DNA of 64,000 bases from assembly GCF_009914755.1 (NCBI RefSeq), contig NC_060925.1; one strand, written 5' to 3'. Under the pieces are notes generated by a model. That model did no database searches. It had not been told where the DNA came from and saw only the letters and a program-made list of their open reading frames with translations. The position numbers and the translations under genes are program-made. Below are positions 27,498 through 42,519 of this stretch, in pieces; the first letter of the stretch is position 1, and every line of letters begins with the position of its first letter. This stretch comes from the human T2T-CHM13v2.0 reference genome, Homo sapiens.

Positions 27498-29533
27498 GTT
27501 AAATTATGCTTCCTCTAAATGAAGCTATTAAACGATCCTGTAAGTCTGTAATTATGGCTACGAAAAGCCCATGATCTCTTAAAAAGTAAGAAAATTAGTT
27601 GGAAAATGTTAACACAATCCCATTTTTATCAAAGCAAAATGTATTCACCTGAACGTGCATACAAAAATGTGCATTGAAAACTATGTATCTTTCCTCTAGA
27701 AAGTTATGGGAGAAGGAAGATAATAGACGGTGTTTTTTCTTCCTTATATTTTCTTTTTGTGTTTGATTTTTAAATAATGAGTACACCTTAAAGTTCTTTT
27801 TATTGGGAGAAACAGTTGCTCACTTCCTCCACTCCCTAATAGCTGGTGAAAGGTGTCAGCTTTAGGAAGGGCTGTGTCGGGGAAATATCTTGGCTTCTGG
27901 GGTGTTGGGGCAACAAAGGGCCAGGAAAGACAGCCCCTCAGAGGAACAGACCCCAGTGACATCCTTGGGTGGGCCCCCGCCTGAGCAGCAACTTCTTCCA
28001 GCTCTGTCTCCCACTACAGCCTCTGCCCTTGGCATGGTCCAGAGCTGCGATGGCGAAAACTCATCACCAAGCATTGCCTCCGCTGCACCCAACCCAGCAG
28101 AAAAAGAGTCCAGAGAACATCCTGGTCCTGAGTCAGCCCCTGGCTTCAACCCACAGGACACCACAGGGCGCCACGGGACATGGCACAGCGCCAGATGCCA
28201 GGGATCCGAGGAGACAGAGCATGATGTCCAAACATGAATGGCTTATTTTTAGCAAAGTCCAGCCCTCACATCCTGGCCCTGCTCCAGGGTGAGCAACAAC
28301 ATTCCCTCTGACTCAGCTCCGCAAGCTGACTCGGTTTCAGAGGAACAAGGTAGTCTCTCCTTGCTGACGTTAGCGGCAGGCAGTCCTCCCCTTCAGGAAA
28401 AATCTGTACAGCAGTTCTGATTCCTTCTGGGACTGTGTGCTGGCTGCTTCCAGAAGAAACATAACTATTCCCTTCACAGTCTGGGCTTCGGAACTGGGTG
28501 CAGAAACTTCCACACTCCATCTCCTGGACTCCCATCTTCTAACCTTCCCGTGTGATTTCCAAGGAAACCAGATGGCTGCCTTCTCCCCCCTCTTCCTCTT
28601 CCTCCTGCACAATGAGCCGAGAGACCCAACCCTGCAGCTCTGGCCTGAAACTGGGGCCTGTTTCTCGGGGGTTTCTGTCTCTTCAATCAGTCCCCACACT
28701 GTGTCCAGCAGACTAGAGCAATGAAGGGAGGAATCATTTTCTTCCAGTAACGACACTAGAACCTATGTTCTGCTGTAATGAATGATACAGGTTTGCCAGG
28801 AAGACGTGTCATCAATGCCAATAAAACAAGGCAGAGTACAGATACCTCCAGAGATCTTGCCAGAGAGGCTCACAGCCCCGATAGGTTTGTGTATGTTTTG
28901 GGGTGGGGGAACATGAGAGAATGAGAGATTATTTTCCTTCTGGACGTTCTCAACATGCCTGAAATAGCAAGGACACAGCTGTCCCTCCCCAGTTGTCCCT
29001 GTGTGATTGGAATTGCAGGAGTCAGTTGTCTCAAAGCAAAGAAAGTGCAGAGCCTGCACGTATCCAGATCTTCCGAAAGACGAGGCCCTGTTCTCCTGGC
29101 CTGGCGCCTGGGTTTCTCATTTGCTCCTAGGTCTCTGGTATTGTGCCGCCTGCATCCCAGGCAACGCCAGCAACCCAAGCCCCGCTGAACAAGTCAAGAC
29201 CTCTCTGGATGAGGTCAGGAGCTGGAGCTTCCCCTTATTTTGTTAGGAAGCACCATGCGTCAGCCTTTATTCACACCCTATAAAGTTGTAGCCTTTAAGG
29301 TTAGTCTCTTCCACACCTATAATTCTCCACCAGAGCAATTTGCTGCAGAGAAAGAGCCCTCCAGCAGGCAGTACCTGTGAGTCACGGCTTCTTCCTGGCC
29401 CCCGCCCGCCCTAAAGGAGTGGCTACTAACAGGCACCTTTGATCCTCAGGCTGCTCTGGGAGTTGGAAGAGTCGCGGAGGCTCACCTGTAGTCATAAGGT
29501 CAAGAGACTTGCCATGAGAAATAGTAACAGTAG

Positions 29534-29966
<433 letters not shown>

Positions 29967-30084
29967 TGAACAACACTCTCCATTGGCAGGGAAAGGTCAC
30001 CTTGGTATGTGGCCTCGCTTACGGAGTAGAGTTTCTCCAGGGCCTCTCCCAGGGCTGTTCAAATGACCCAGCACAACCCTTCAA

Positions 30085-30191
30085 GTGACTTCCCCTTCTC
30101 TAAGACTCAGTTTCCTTATCTGTCCAATGGTGGAATTGGAGTAAATATTTGCTAAGTTTCCATCCAGCTCTAATGTACTAAAAATCTATGA
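30085..30191 (+). mobile_element. MIR3-like
   Basis: CTCAGTTTCCTTATCTGTCCAATGG...CATCCAGCTCTAA. Confidence 0.6.
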
Positions 30192-30373
30192 AAATCTGGA
30201 TTTTCCCATTTCCAGACAAGCCTGGTACTACTCAACCTTAATCTACAGCCACCAGATGAAACCCGCTGCAGAGCCAACCCTGACACCAGCACCATGAGCT
30301 TCAGTTCACAAGCACCATTCTCACTGGAGCCCCACCAGACCTCGATGATGTGGACAGTGCCAGTTACGTGGAC

Positions 30374-30447
30374 AGGCTGAGATGGGCGGATCACTTGACG
30401 TCAGGGATTCGAGACCAGCATGGCCAACATGGTGAAACCCTGTCTCT
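30374..30447 (+). mobile_element. Isolated Alu left-arm fragment (no head, tail or TSD)
   Basis: AGGCTGAGATGGGCGGATCACTTGACGTCAGGGATTCGAGACCAGCATGGCCAACATGGTGAAACCCTGTCTCT. Confidence 0.9.
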
Positions 30448-30886
30448 GGAGATGAGAAACACTTTGCCACATGCCAAATAGCAGCACTAATAATGTAGCA
30501 GCCCTGGGGCCCGAGCCTGGCCTCCTGACTCCGAGCCTGGTGCCCCACTTAGCAGCCCCACCTCTCCCCATGGGTGTCTACCTGGCTGGAAACGACACTG
30601 GCCAAAGGCAGAACCTCAACCTGCAGCCGTCAGTGGGCATTCAAGTGGACCTGCTAGGCTGGACAGAGACAGCGGGAAAGGCAGGAAGGCCTGTTTCTTC
30701 CTCCATTTTGGCTGACACAGGCTCCTTAGCACCCGGCTGTCTGACCACCCTCAGATGAAGCTCTGTTCTCTCCATCCCTTTCCTCCTCCTCAGTCTCAGG
30801 GATCAGATGGGTGCGGGGCCCTGTTCTGGGGACACTGAGAGCTGTGCATTCAGGTCAGACGTGCACAGTTTAAAATTCACAGAGGA

Positions 30887-31199
30887 GGCCGAGTGTGGTG
30901 GCTCATGCCTGTAATCTCAGCACTTTGGGAGGCCAAGGCAGGCAGATCACCTGAGGTCAGGAGTTTAAGACCAGCCTGGCCAACATGGTGAAACCCTGTA
31001 TCTGCTAAAAATACAAAAACTAGCCAGGCGTGGTGGCATGTACCTGTAATCCCAGCTACTTGGGAGGCTGGGGCAGGGGAATTGCTTGAATCCGGGAGGT
31101 GGACGGAGGTTGCAGTGAGCCGAGACCATGCCGCGGCACTCCAGCCTGGGTGACAAGAGCAAAACTCTGTCTCAAAACATAAAAAAATAAATAAATAAA
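30887..31199 (+). mobile_element. Alu (AluS)
   Basis: TSD TAAAATTCA(C/G)AGAGGA. Confidence 0.95.
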
Positions 31200-31826
31200 T
31201 AAAATTCAGAGAGGACCCTGGAGTCCCTTTCCCATAATCTCACCCCCACGCAAAAAGGGGCAAAGGAATCGTCATGGTGTAAACCATAGGTTGGGCTTCG
31301 ACTGGGGACCTCCTCCAGCCCCTCAGCCACGTCAGAGTGGCCAGAACAGGGAGAAGGGAGCATTCTCTCCACCGCCCCCACGAGCCTGCGGTCTACTGAA
31401 GGTGACAGGAGATGTTTGGGGCGGGGGAAGGAAGGGAGGTATCTGTGTCTTGTCAGAGTTAGAAATTGCCCAGAACATTAGCAGGCCCCACCTAGCCTTC
31501 ATCTACAGGCCCTTCGGCTTCTGCTGTGGCTCAAACTCGAAAAGACAACAGCCTTCTCAAAACATTTACATTCCTGCCAGGCAAAGATTCATGTGACTCT
31601 GAATCCCGAAGTACACAGGTTTTCATGGGAAGATTAAAAGAGAATTCCGATGATTTCATGACAAAGTAGCCAGTCTTGCCAAATGTCATTTAAAGAAAAA
31701 AACAAAAAAGAAGAAGAATCCTTACTTTGCTTGCTTGTATTTTCTTTTCTTTCTGGAATCCTGTATGTATCAGTTTTATAACTTCATTGACAACTTTCAA
31801 CTGGAATTTAATTAAAAGAAAATAGA

Positions 31827-32099
31827 GGCCGGACGCGGTGGCTCATGCCTGTAATCCCAGCACTTTGGGGGGCTGAGGCAGGTGGATCACTTGAGGTCAG
31901 GAATTCGAGACCAGCCTGGCCAACATGGTGAAACCCTGTCTCTACTAAAAATATGAAAATGAGCCGGGCGTGGTGACCGGCACCTGTAATCTCAGCTATT
32001 CAGGAGGCTGAGGCAGAAGAATCGCTTGAACTCAGGAGGCGGAGGTTGCAGTGAGCTGAGATCACACCATTGCACTCCTCAAATTAAAAAAAAAAAAAA
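31827..32099 (+). mobile_element. Alu (AluS) with a short 3' deletion
   Basis: Jumps from TGCACTCC to TC plus tail; TSD AAAAG(A/G)AAATAGA. Confidence 0.93.
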
Positions 32100-32498
32100 G
32101 GAAATAGAGAGCAAGGTCAGCCTTGGTCCCCAATTTCTGCAGAAAGTGCAAAAAGAGATCACCAAGGCTTGAAACAGATTTGCAAAATTTGGCAAGGGTC
32201 CCAAGATTCGTGAAAGGATATGGTGAGGCCAAACCCACTCAAAGACCTCCAAAGATACTGAGGAAGGTGTTCTCTTGCATGAGCTGGGCTTCAGAAATGT
32301 TCTCTCATACTCCAGTGTCTCACACACACACACACACACACACATACACAAACACACACCAGTGCCCTGCCCCGAGTAAAATTAGTTATTCTCTCCTTCA
32401 CATGCCAAAGGGACAATCTTCAATGTTTCTACCCATGAAACGCTTTTGCCAGAAGCCTGAATTCATACAAAGCATATTCATCTAGACTGAATTTTTTA

Positions 32499-33020
32499 AC
32501 ATGGTGTATATATATATATATTCATACACAATGGGATACTATTCAGTCATAAAAAAGAATGAAATCCTTCATTTGCAGCAACATGGGTGGAACTGCAGTC
32601 CATTTTATGAAATAAGCCAAGCACAGAAAGACAAATATTGTGTGACCTCACTTCTATGTGGGAGCTAAAAAAAAGTTGGTCTCGTGGAGGGAGAGAGTAG
32701 AATGATAGAGACCGGAGGCTAGGAAAGGTAGGAGAAGGGATGAAGAGAGCCTGGTTAGTGGATACAAACATACAGTTAGATAGAAGGAATAAGTTTCAGT
32801 GTTTGATAGCACAGTGGGGTGACTATAGTTAACAATAATATATTGTATATTTCAAAATAGCTAGAAGATTTGAAATGTTCCCAACACAAATAAATGATAA
32901 ATGTTCAAGGTGATGGGTACCCTACATACGACAATTTGATCACTACACATTGTATGCTTGTATCCAAATATCACATTTACCCCATAAATATGTATAAGTA
33001 TTCTGTATCCATAAAAAATG
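32499..33020 (+). mobile_element. L1MA-like 3' end
   Basis: CAATGGGATACTATTCAGTCATAAAAAAGAATGAAATCC...GATACAAACATACAGTTAGATAGAAGGAATAAG...GTGACTATAGTTAACAATAAT. Confidence 0.88.
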
Positions 33021-33028
33021 CAAAACTA

Positions 33029-33322
<294 letters not shown>

Positions 33323-33585
33323 GCAAAACTGAAAAAAAAGTATCTTCAGCTATTCACAGTTAGACCCATGTTGGAAAATTTGAGTCAAAATAAAGCATGT
33401 ACATTCAATATATGTGTGCACATTAATGAGAACAATGTTTTTGTACTGTTGGCCCTGACCTTGGAATATTATTAGAATGTTTTTTAAGGAGAGGGGAGAT
33501 CTCTATTTGGGTTTCGATTATTGTTCAACACTGATGTTACAATGATAGCGGCTGTGGTGAGTCTCCCTGACTGATGGGACAATGA

Positions 33586-33852
<267 letters not shown>

Positions 33853-33984
33853 TAAATCCAGAGTCCTGAGTCATCAATCCTGAATTAGAATACACCACCT
33901 GTACTTCTCAAGACCTACCAGGAATTTGCATTTGTTCCATCTACTAGCATAAAATACAAATCGCTGAGGGGTCCTTAGAAGGAG

Positions 33985-34725
33985 CATCTGAGTCCATTTT
34001 CTGTTGCTTATGACAGAATATCTAAAACTGGGTAATTTATAAAGAAAAGGAATTTGAGCCAATCACAGTGGTTCATGCCTATAATCCCAACACTTTAGGA
34101 GGCCAAGGCCTGAGGAACACTTGAGGCCAGGAATCCAAGACCAGCCTTGGCAACATAGGGAGACCCCATCTCTATGAAAAAAGTAAAAAATTAAAAAAAT
34201 TAGCTGGGCGTGGTGGTGCACACCTGTCGTCCCAGCTACTCAGGAAGCTAAGGTGGGGAGAACACCTTTAGCCCAAGACATTGAGGCTGCAGTGAGACAT
34301 GACCACACCACTGCAGCCCAGCCTGGGTGACAGAGCAAAACCTGTCTCAAAAAAAAAAAAAAGAAAAAAAGAAAAGAAATGTATTTCTTACAGTTATGGA
34401 GACTGAGAAGTCCAAGGTCAAGGGTCTACATCTAGTGAGAGCCTTCTTGCTGTTGGGGACTCTGCAGAGTCCCAGGGCAGTGCAGGGCATCACATGGACA
34501 GGGGGCTGAGTGTGTTAGTGTACTCAGGTCTCTCTTCCTCTTCTTATAAAGCCACCAGTTCCACTCCCATGATCACCCATTAATCCGTTAATCCACAAAT
34601 GGATGAATCCATTCATGAGGACAGAGATATCATGGCCCAATCACCTCTTAAAGGCCCCCTCTCCATACTGCCACTTCAAGGATTAAATTTCAACATGAAA
34701 GGGGAAAAGCATTCAAATCATAGCA
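33985..34725 (-). mobile_element. MSTC-like MaLR LTR, split by an Alu
   Basis: GGGGACTCTGCAGAGTCCCAGGGCAGTGCAGGGCATCACATGG...TTCAAATCATAGCA; 5-bp TSD (A/G)GGAG. Confidence 0.85.
34056..34368 (+). mobile_element. Alu (AluJ-like)
   Basis: Diverged dimer; TSD of about AAAGAAAAG(G/A)AAT. Confidence 0.9.
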
Positions 34726-35044
34726 GGGAGGTATCTCTAAATAGATCTAAGAGGGCTCAAGACACAGGGATGAAGAGCTTTGAAAGCTATAGTCTTATTC
34801 CACTAATGGTGCTATCGTCCTGGCAGTTTTGAGATTGCCCATGGGGACAGTTTATTGACTATTCTTGATGATTAAATAAATAATAACTACTTATTCTTTC
34901 ATGGTGGATATGATTTGTGGAGGCAACCAAGAGAAGACAGTAGAGTATAGAGGTGAAGAACTTGGATTCTTTTGGAGCAGTGGTTGGTGTCACTGGAATA
35001 AAGTCTCCCAAGGGACTGCTGTAGTCTACACATGGCAATATCAC

Positions 35045-35410
35045 TGCTATGGCTTGAATATTTGTCCCCTCCAAAATTCATGTGGAAATTTAACTACCAT
35101 TGTAACAGTATTAAGAGGTAGGATCTTTAAGAAGGGATTAGGCCGTGAAGGCTCTATTCCCACATGTAGGATTAATGCCATTATAAAGGATGAGCCTATC
35201 CTCCTTTTCTCTCTTTGCCCTTCTGCCTTGGGCCATGTGAGGACAAGGCATTGCTCCCCTCTGGAGGATGCAGTGTTTAAGGCACCATCCCGAAATCTGC
35301 CACTCCTTGACATTGGACTTCCCAGCCTTCAGAACTGTGAGCAAATTAACTTCTGTTTTTTATAAATTACCAGTCTGTGATATTCTAACAGCAAAAAATC
35401 AACTGAGATA
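35045..35410 (+). mobile_element. MSTD-like MaLR LTR
   Basis: TGCTATGGCTTGAATATTTGTCCCCTCCAAAATTCATG...; perfect 5-bp TSD ATCAC (35040-35044 / 35411-35415). Confidence 0.88.
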
Positions 35411-36170
35411 ATCACTTCCTCTCATGTTACCTTGGTGAAAACCAGCCCATGGTTCCACTAGATAGAGGGACTAGCCATGTACCAGAAAAGAAGATGAAAG
35501 CAAGTATTGAGAAGCACAACCCAAGGAATGGATCACTCCGGCCCTGTCCAGGACTCATCCTCCCAATGGAATCAACGGCAGGGAAGCATGGTGACCCTTT
35601 TAAAACAAATATGTCTACATTGGTAACCTATCAAATCAGTGAGAAAACAGGTCTGTGGTATCCCAGATGTCTCAAGTGTGCAGGCTTAGGTTTAGCTATT
35701 TATCCAAACACCAAACCCCCAAACACCAAACCCTCCGTTGAGTCTGCCCAAAATTCCACTCAGGATGCTCAAAAATTCTGCTCATGTGGTTCTAGGCCAC
35801 TGCCCCCTTACCCACCCCAGATTGTCCCATGGTCCTGCTTTGGTAATTGCTATAATGCAATCTGCTTTTCTTCCAGGTGTGTGCAACCTATATTATGTAT
35901 CTGTGATGCAAATCATGCAAAGAACCAGGTGGCTACTTTCCATTTTATCTCATGCTCTCAGCTGATATTAAACAGACCTATCTGATTTTCTTTGTCTGCA
36001 TACTTTCAGTTCTGTTTTTGGTGCTTACCTATTATTACTTTTATATTTCATGCTTCATGTTACCACTCATCAATTTGCTCTCCTATCTTATGTCTATAAA
36101 ATATCTCCAGATATGTAATAAGGAAGCAATACATGAGTGGCCTCCGGGGAATGGAACTCGGTGGATATAG

Positions 36171-36559
<389 letters not shown>

Positions 36560-36789
36560 TAATAATGAAATTAATAATGTTCATTGTTGTGATAAGTCTA
36601 GCAAGGAGATCTTATTGGTAAGGAGAATGGGGAAAGAGGAACTATCTGTGACCTGAAATAGAATCCCAGAGAGAAAAAGAGAGTTGCTTAAAGAACATAT
36701 TTAAAAACATTTGTGGTATGATATGGAATGTGACCACCTTCCTCCCACCTCCACCAAGAAATATTCAGGAAAAGCTACAAAACCCATCA

Positions 36790-37500
36790 ACGCTTTGGGA
36801 GTAAAGGATGTGGAGAAATTGGAACTTTCATGCACCGTGGGTGGAAATGGAAGATGGCGCAGCCGCTATGAAAAACAGCATGAAGCTTCCTTAAAAAAAT
36901 TAAAGATAGAATTCCTATATGATCTTAAAATTTCACTTCTGGGGCTATACCCAAAAGAACTGAAAGCAGGGTCTCAAAGAGGTATTTGTGCACCCATGTT
37001 TACCATAGCAGCATTATTCACAATAGCCAAAAGGTAGAAGCAACTCAAGTGTCTATTGTCAGAGGAATGAATAAACAAGATGTGGTCTATCCATGCAATG
37101 GAATATTATTCAGCCTTGAAAAGGAAGGAAATTCTCACACATGCTATAATGTGAATGAACCTTGAGGACATTATGCTGAGTGAAATAAGCCAGTCACAAA
37201 AGAACAAATGCTGTATGATCCCACTTACATGCGGCATTGAGAATAGTCAAATGCATAGAAACAGAAAGTAGAAGAGTGGTAGGGGGTGGCTGGTGTGAGG
37301 GTGGGGAAAGAATGGGGAGTTAATGTTTCCTGGGTATAGTTTCAGTTTTGCAAGATGAAAAGTTGTGGGGATGGATGGTGGTGATGGTTGCAGAACAATG
37401 TGAATGCACTTAACCCTACTGAGCTTGCACACTTAGAAATGGTTGCAGTGGTAAATTTTATGTTATGTGTGTTTACTACAGTTTAATTTTTTAATTTAAA
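36790..37500 (+). mobile_element. L1MB-like 3' end including a decayed ORF2 C-terminus
   Basis: ORF 36711-37037 reads KDVEKLE...KKLKIE..YD..I.LLG.YPKE...PMF..AALFTIAK, the L1 ORF2p C-terminal signature; L1MB-type 3' UTR follows. Confidence 0.9.
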
Positions 37501-37894
37501 AAATACTTTATATGCTGTGTGGTGTGTGTGTTTGTCTGTGTGTGTGTGTGAGAGAGAGAGACAGATGTTGGGTTGCTTGGGGGTGGGGGCATTGGTGGGT
37601 GATAATGTATTAAGCCTAGATGCAAAGCAAGGGCAAGATGACCTGTAACATCCGTGTGACATCTCTAAGGCAATCCTTTGGCAAATGACGAGCATTGCTC
37701 AGGTAGTTTATTTGGCTCCAAAAGTATCTTGAACCTCCTCCAGCAGTGCTGCCAACTCCTGGCACCCAGCATGGTGTTGCGTGCTTCTTAGTTGATAGAA
37801 AAAATCGCCTCCCTTGGAGGATATATAGTGTGGCTTCTGACATCTTCCTTGTTTGTCTTGGAGTGAGATTTCCCTTCCTTCCCTTCCCACATCT

Positions 37895-38612
37895 GCTCAG
37901 TCATTCAGCCAGTAACTATTCGTCCGTGCACACCATGGGCCAGGCTCTGTGCTAGACACAGGGGATTGAGAGGTGAACACAGCAGTTGCTGCCTGCAGGA
38001 GGCTCCCAGTCCAGCAGGAAAGACAGACAAGCAGACAAGCACCTGCCACAAAGCAGGAGGCACATGATGATGGATGGCACCAGGAGCTAAGGGGACATGG
38101 GGCATTGCAACAACCCATGTCCAGAGTCATCTGAAGGGCATGGAGAGTGTCCCCAGAAGTGGGACACTCACAGTCCAGCTGAGATCTGAGCTCCTATGGA
38201 AAATTCAGAGTTATTCCTGAAAAAATGAAATAAAATAAAATAAAATAAAAAAGCCAAACCTTAGAGGGGAGATTAGGGAATAAGAATACAGAGGTGCAGC
38301 TACTCAGAGAACAGCACTGTGGGGTCTAGAAGAGATCCAAGAGAGGACATGGTGTCTTTAAGGAACAAAGAGAAAATAGTAGCACTAAAGCACGGAGCAC
38401 CAGGGGAACTGTGCTGAGGCAGGCAGTCCCCAGGCACTGAGGGTCTTAGCATCTGTTTAGGAGCAGCCGGTCACCATGCCAGGGACAGTGGGAAACATTT
38501 GAAAGTACTCAAACAAAGGAGCACCCTAAGGCCATTTGCAATTCTAAATGAACAACGGAACTGCACCTTGAGTTGGAGGAGTGTGAGGCCGGTGTGGATG
38601 TTGGGACATCTG
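37895..38612 (-). mobile_element. L2 fragment (host of the nested stack; resumes at ~40396)
   Basis: CATTCAGCCAGTAACTATT...CCATGGGCCAGGCTCTGTGCTAGACACAGGGGAT; after the MLT1 it continues TTAGGAGACTACTGCAGTGGTCCAG. Confidence 0.65.
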
Positions 38613-39338
38613 TGTATTAGTTCCATGTGGCTGCTGTCACAAATTACTACAAACTTGGTAGCTTAAAAAAACAGAAATTTATTACTTCACAGTCCAGGAG
38701 GACAGAAGTTGGAAATTTGTTTCACTGGGTTCAAATCAAGGTGTTGACAGGGCCAAGCTCCCTCCAGAGGCTCTAGCGGAGCTCTCTGTGGCTTCTGGTA
38801 GCTGCAGGCATTCATTGGCTTGTGGCCGCATCCCTCCAATCTCCACCTCCATCTTCATTATCACCTTTACTGTGTGTCCCATCTCCTGCTGCCTCTTCCT
38901 TGTAAGGACACTTGTGATGGTATTTAGGACCCACCTGAATAATCCAGGATAATTTTCTCATCTCAAAATCTTCATTTAAACCCTTATACACTGTTGGTGG
39001 GAATGTAAGAAGGTACAGTCACTATGTAAAACAGTATGACAGTTTCCCAAAAAAATTAAACATAGAATTACCATATGGTCCAGCAATTCCTCTCCTGGGT
39101 ATAGGCCCCAAAGAACTGAAAGCAGAATCTAAGGAGATATGTGTACACCCATGTTCACAGCAGCACTATTCACAATAGCTACAAAGTGAAAGTAATGCAA
39201 TGTCCATCAAAGGATGAATAAACAAATGTGCTATATACACACAATGGCATATGATTCAGCCTTCAAAAGGAAGGAAATTCTCTCATACACTACAGAAATA
39301 AGCCAGTCACAAAAGGGCAAAGACTATATGAGTCTACC

Positions 39339-40014
39339 TTTGTATTTCATTTTATTTTTGAGACAGGGTCTTGTTCTGTCACCCAGGCTGGAGCACAATG
39401 GTGTGATCCTAGCTCATTGCAGCCTCTGACTCCTGGGCTCAAGTGATTCTCCCACGTCAGCCTCCCCAGTAGCTGGGACCACAGGTGTGCACCACCACAC
39501 CTGGTATATTAGTCCGTTTTCACACTGCCAATAAAGACATACCTGAGACTGGGCAATTTACAAAAGAAAGAGGTTTAATGGACTCACAGTTCCACAAGGC
39601 TGGAGAGGCTTCACAATCATAGCAGAAGGCAAGGAGGAGCAAGTCACATCTTACGTGGATGGTGGCAGGCAAAGAGAGAATCTGTTCAGGGAAACTCCCA
39701 TGTTTAAAACCATCAGATGTCGTGAGACTTACTCACTATCCCAAGAACAGCATGGAAAAGACCTGCCTCCATGATTCAATTACTTCCCACCGGGTTCCTC
39801 ACATGACACTTAGGAATTGTGGGAGTTACAATTCGAGGTGAAATTTGGGTGGGGACACAGCCAAACCATATCACCTGGCTAATTTTTAAATCTTTGGTAG
39901 AGACAAAGTCTGACTAGCTGCCCAGGCTGGTCTCGAACTCGTGGGCTCAAATGATCCGCCCGCCGCAGCCTCCCAAAGTACTGAGATTACAGGAGTGAGC
40001 CACTGTGCCGGGCC
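39339..40014 (-). mobile_element. AluJ, split by THE1
   Basis: Right arm 39339-39504 and left arm 39874-40014; J-type CCTGGGCTCAAGTGAT. Confidence 0.9.
39505..39873 (-). mobile_element. THE1B-like solo LTR
   Basis: TATTAGTCCGTTTTCACACTGCCAATAAAGACATACCTGAGACTGGG...GGGGACACAGCCAAACCATATCA; perfect TSD CCTGG (39500-39504 / 39874-39878). Confidence 0.93.
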
Positions 40015-41309
40015 TCATTCCACCTAATATGAGGTATCTAGAGTACTCAAATGCATAGAGAGAGAAAGTGGAAGAGTCGTTGCCAGGGGCTGAGGAGAGA
40101 GAGAAATAGAAGTTATTAATGGGTACAAAGTTTCAGTTCTGCAAGACAAAAAGAGCTCTAGAGATGGACGGTGGTGATGGTCACACAACATAGGAATATA
40201 CTTAATGCCACTGAACTCTGCACTTAGATGAATAAACTGGTCAAGTCTATGTTATATATTTATCACAATTTTATAATTTTTTTTGAATTCCTTAACTTAA
40301 TCATATTGGCAAAAACTTTCCCACGTAGCGTAACATTCACTGTTTTCCGGCGATTGGCACTTGATATCTTTGGGGCCACTATTCAGATGGCTACAGTCAC
40401 TTAGGAGACTACTGCAGTGGTCCAGAGAAGAAGTGATGGAGGCATGAACTAGACCAGAGGCAGTGGGGATTCTAGAGCTGCCAAGGAGGCACTGCTGGTG
40501 GGAGCTGGGAACCGGGCAGGAAGAGTGATGCCTGGCACCCTGGTTTCTGGCTGGGGCAACTTGCAGAAACTCTCAGGAATGCTGAGAGAAGAGCAGATGG
40601 AGGGTGGGATCAAAGGGAAGACTGGTGTTGGGGAAGAGGTTGAGATGAGTTTTAGACACATTTGCAGGTGTCGACCAAAAGCTGGGCCACTGAGCAGAGA
40701 CCTGCCTACATCTTGAGGCCCACACAAAGGTCTTGTCCCAAATAGGGGAGCCATGGCAGAGCAGGGATGCTATGGAGGGAGGAGGCAGCCACAGGCAGGG
40801 CTTGGGGATAGTCTGGAAAACAGAGAATGAGAGGAGTCAGGGCAAAGAGGCGAGGTCTGTGGAGGTGCCGCAGGAAGGCGTTGGGCGCTGGCTGCAACTG
40901 AGAGCTGGGAGCTCAGGAAGGCTCAGGTGGCTGGACCCGGCCAGGGGGCAGACGCGGAATAACAATGGCCTTCCGTGAGGGCAAGGCCATCTGTAGCAAA
41001 ATGTCCACCCTCCATGCCAAGCCTCCCACCCAAACATCCCTTCTGATTTCCCATGCTATGAGGGCCTGAGCACCGGAGCCCTTGGAGAGAAGATCCATCG
41101 GAGGCGGAAAGGTGGGGGGACCCACGTGGCTCAGGTTAAACTTACACCTGGCTTTGCATGGAGAAGTCTTGGCAAACTTCTGAACAACAAATCAAGTTAC
41201 AGATGGCTGAAACAAACGGTAGTTTCCCAGGAGCCGCTGAGACCATCAGCAGGAGGCCTGTAGACTTTCATCCAAGTCAGACTCAACCATATCTTTCTTT
41301 TTCCAATTT

Positions 41310-41813
<504 letters not shown>

Positions 41814-42269
41814 ACTATATCTTTTTAAAGTGCTTTTCCCAGTGAAGTTTCTAACATTGCTAAAGAACATAAAATATAAAAACATGGCCATGCAGCAGGG
41901 GCTTTTTACCCTGCAGAATGCCCACTAAACCGTTTCTGTATGTTTAATTTTTTTAACCAAGGAAGTAGGGGATGCCCAAGATTTGGTCCCCAAACCAGAA
42001 AGACTGTGGGTTCCTTGCATCAAGCCGGGGCTTTTAGTCAACTCTCCCATGGGGACTCTGTTGGCCCGCTCCACCTCGGGTGTTCCCCCGCCCCTGCCTT
42101 TTCCTCTCTCACCTCCCCCATCCACCCCTCTCAGCCTTGCAGTCGACCTGCCTCTCCTCTGGTTGCTCCGTTTGTAGGGAGGGTCTGCTTGAAGGGAGTT
42201 CCCATTCTCTCTCACCCAGAGTCAAGGCTCTTGACTCTATTGTACCTAAAAAGCTCCTGAGGAATTTGA

Positions 42270-42347
42270 CAAGGCCCCACCCTCAGAGATATGGGGTGAA
42301 GCCCAGGAATCTGTATTTTTAACAAGCATCCCAGGTGATCCTGATAC
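42270..42347. mobile_element. MER5A fragment
   Basis: GGCCCCACCCTCAGAGA...GCCCAGGAATCTGTATTTTTAACAAGCATCCCAGGTGATCCTGAT. Confidence 0.75.
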
Positions 42348-42519
42348 TTGCACACACCCCCACACACACCCACGCCGACTACCCACACACTTCCATGGCC
42401 CAGAAGTCTGCAGGACCCACAGCAGGTATTCGGGACTATTTGTTCAATCCACACCTGAGTCGTTGCACGATTATGCTCAAGTCCCTCGGAACACCTCGCC
42501 TGCCATCTGACAGCTTCCC

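Larger units (their letters stand above)
38975..40284 (+). mobile_element. L1MB-like 3' end, split by AluJ/THE1
   Basis: CACTGTTGGTGGGAATGTAA...CATAGAATTACCATATGGTCCAGCAATTCC..., then CCACCTAATATGAGGTATCTAGAGTA...TATCACAATT. Confidence 0.88.
38613..40395 (-). mobile_element. MLT1D/E-like LTR, split by an L1MB
   Basis: TGTATTAG...GGCTGCTGTCACAAATTACTACAAACTTGG...ATAATCCAGGATAAT...CATCTCAAAATC, then CTTAACTTAATCATATTGGCAAA...CTACA. Confidence 0.8.

Noticed and set aside
35449-35985. 178-aa ORF in apparently unique sequence
   Set aside because: No recognisable domain, no splice or promoter context; the length is attainable by chance. PhyloCSF or Ribo-seq would be needed.
36711-37037. ORF resembling the L1 ORF2p C-terminus
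   Set aside because: Decayed retrotransposon remnant, not a gene.
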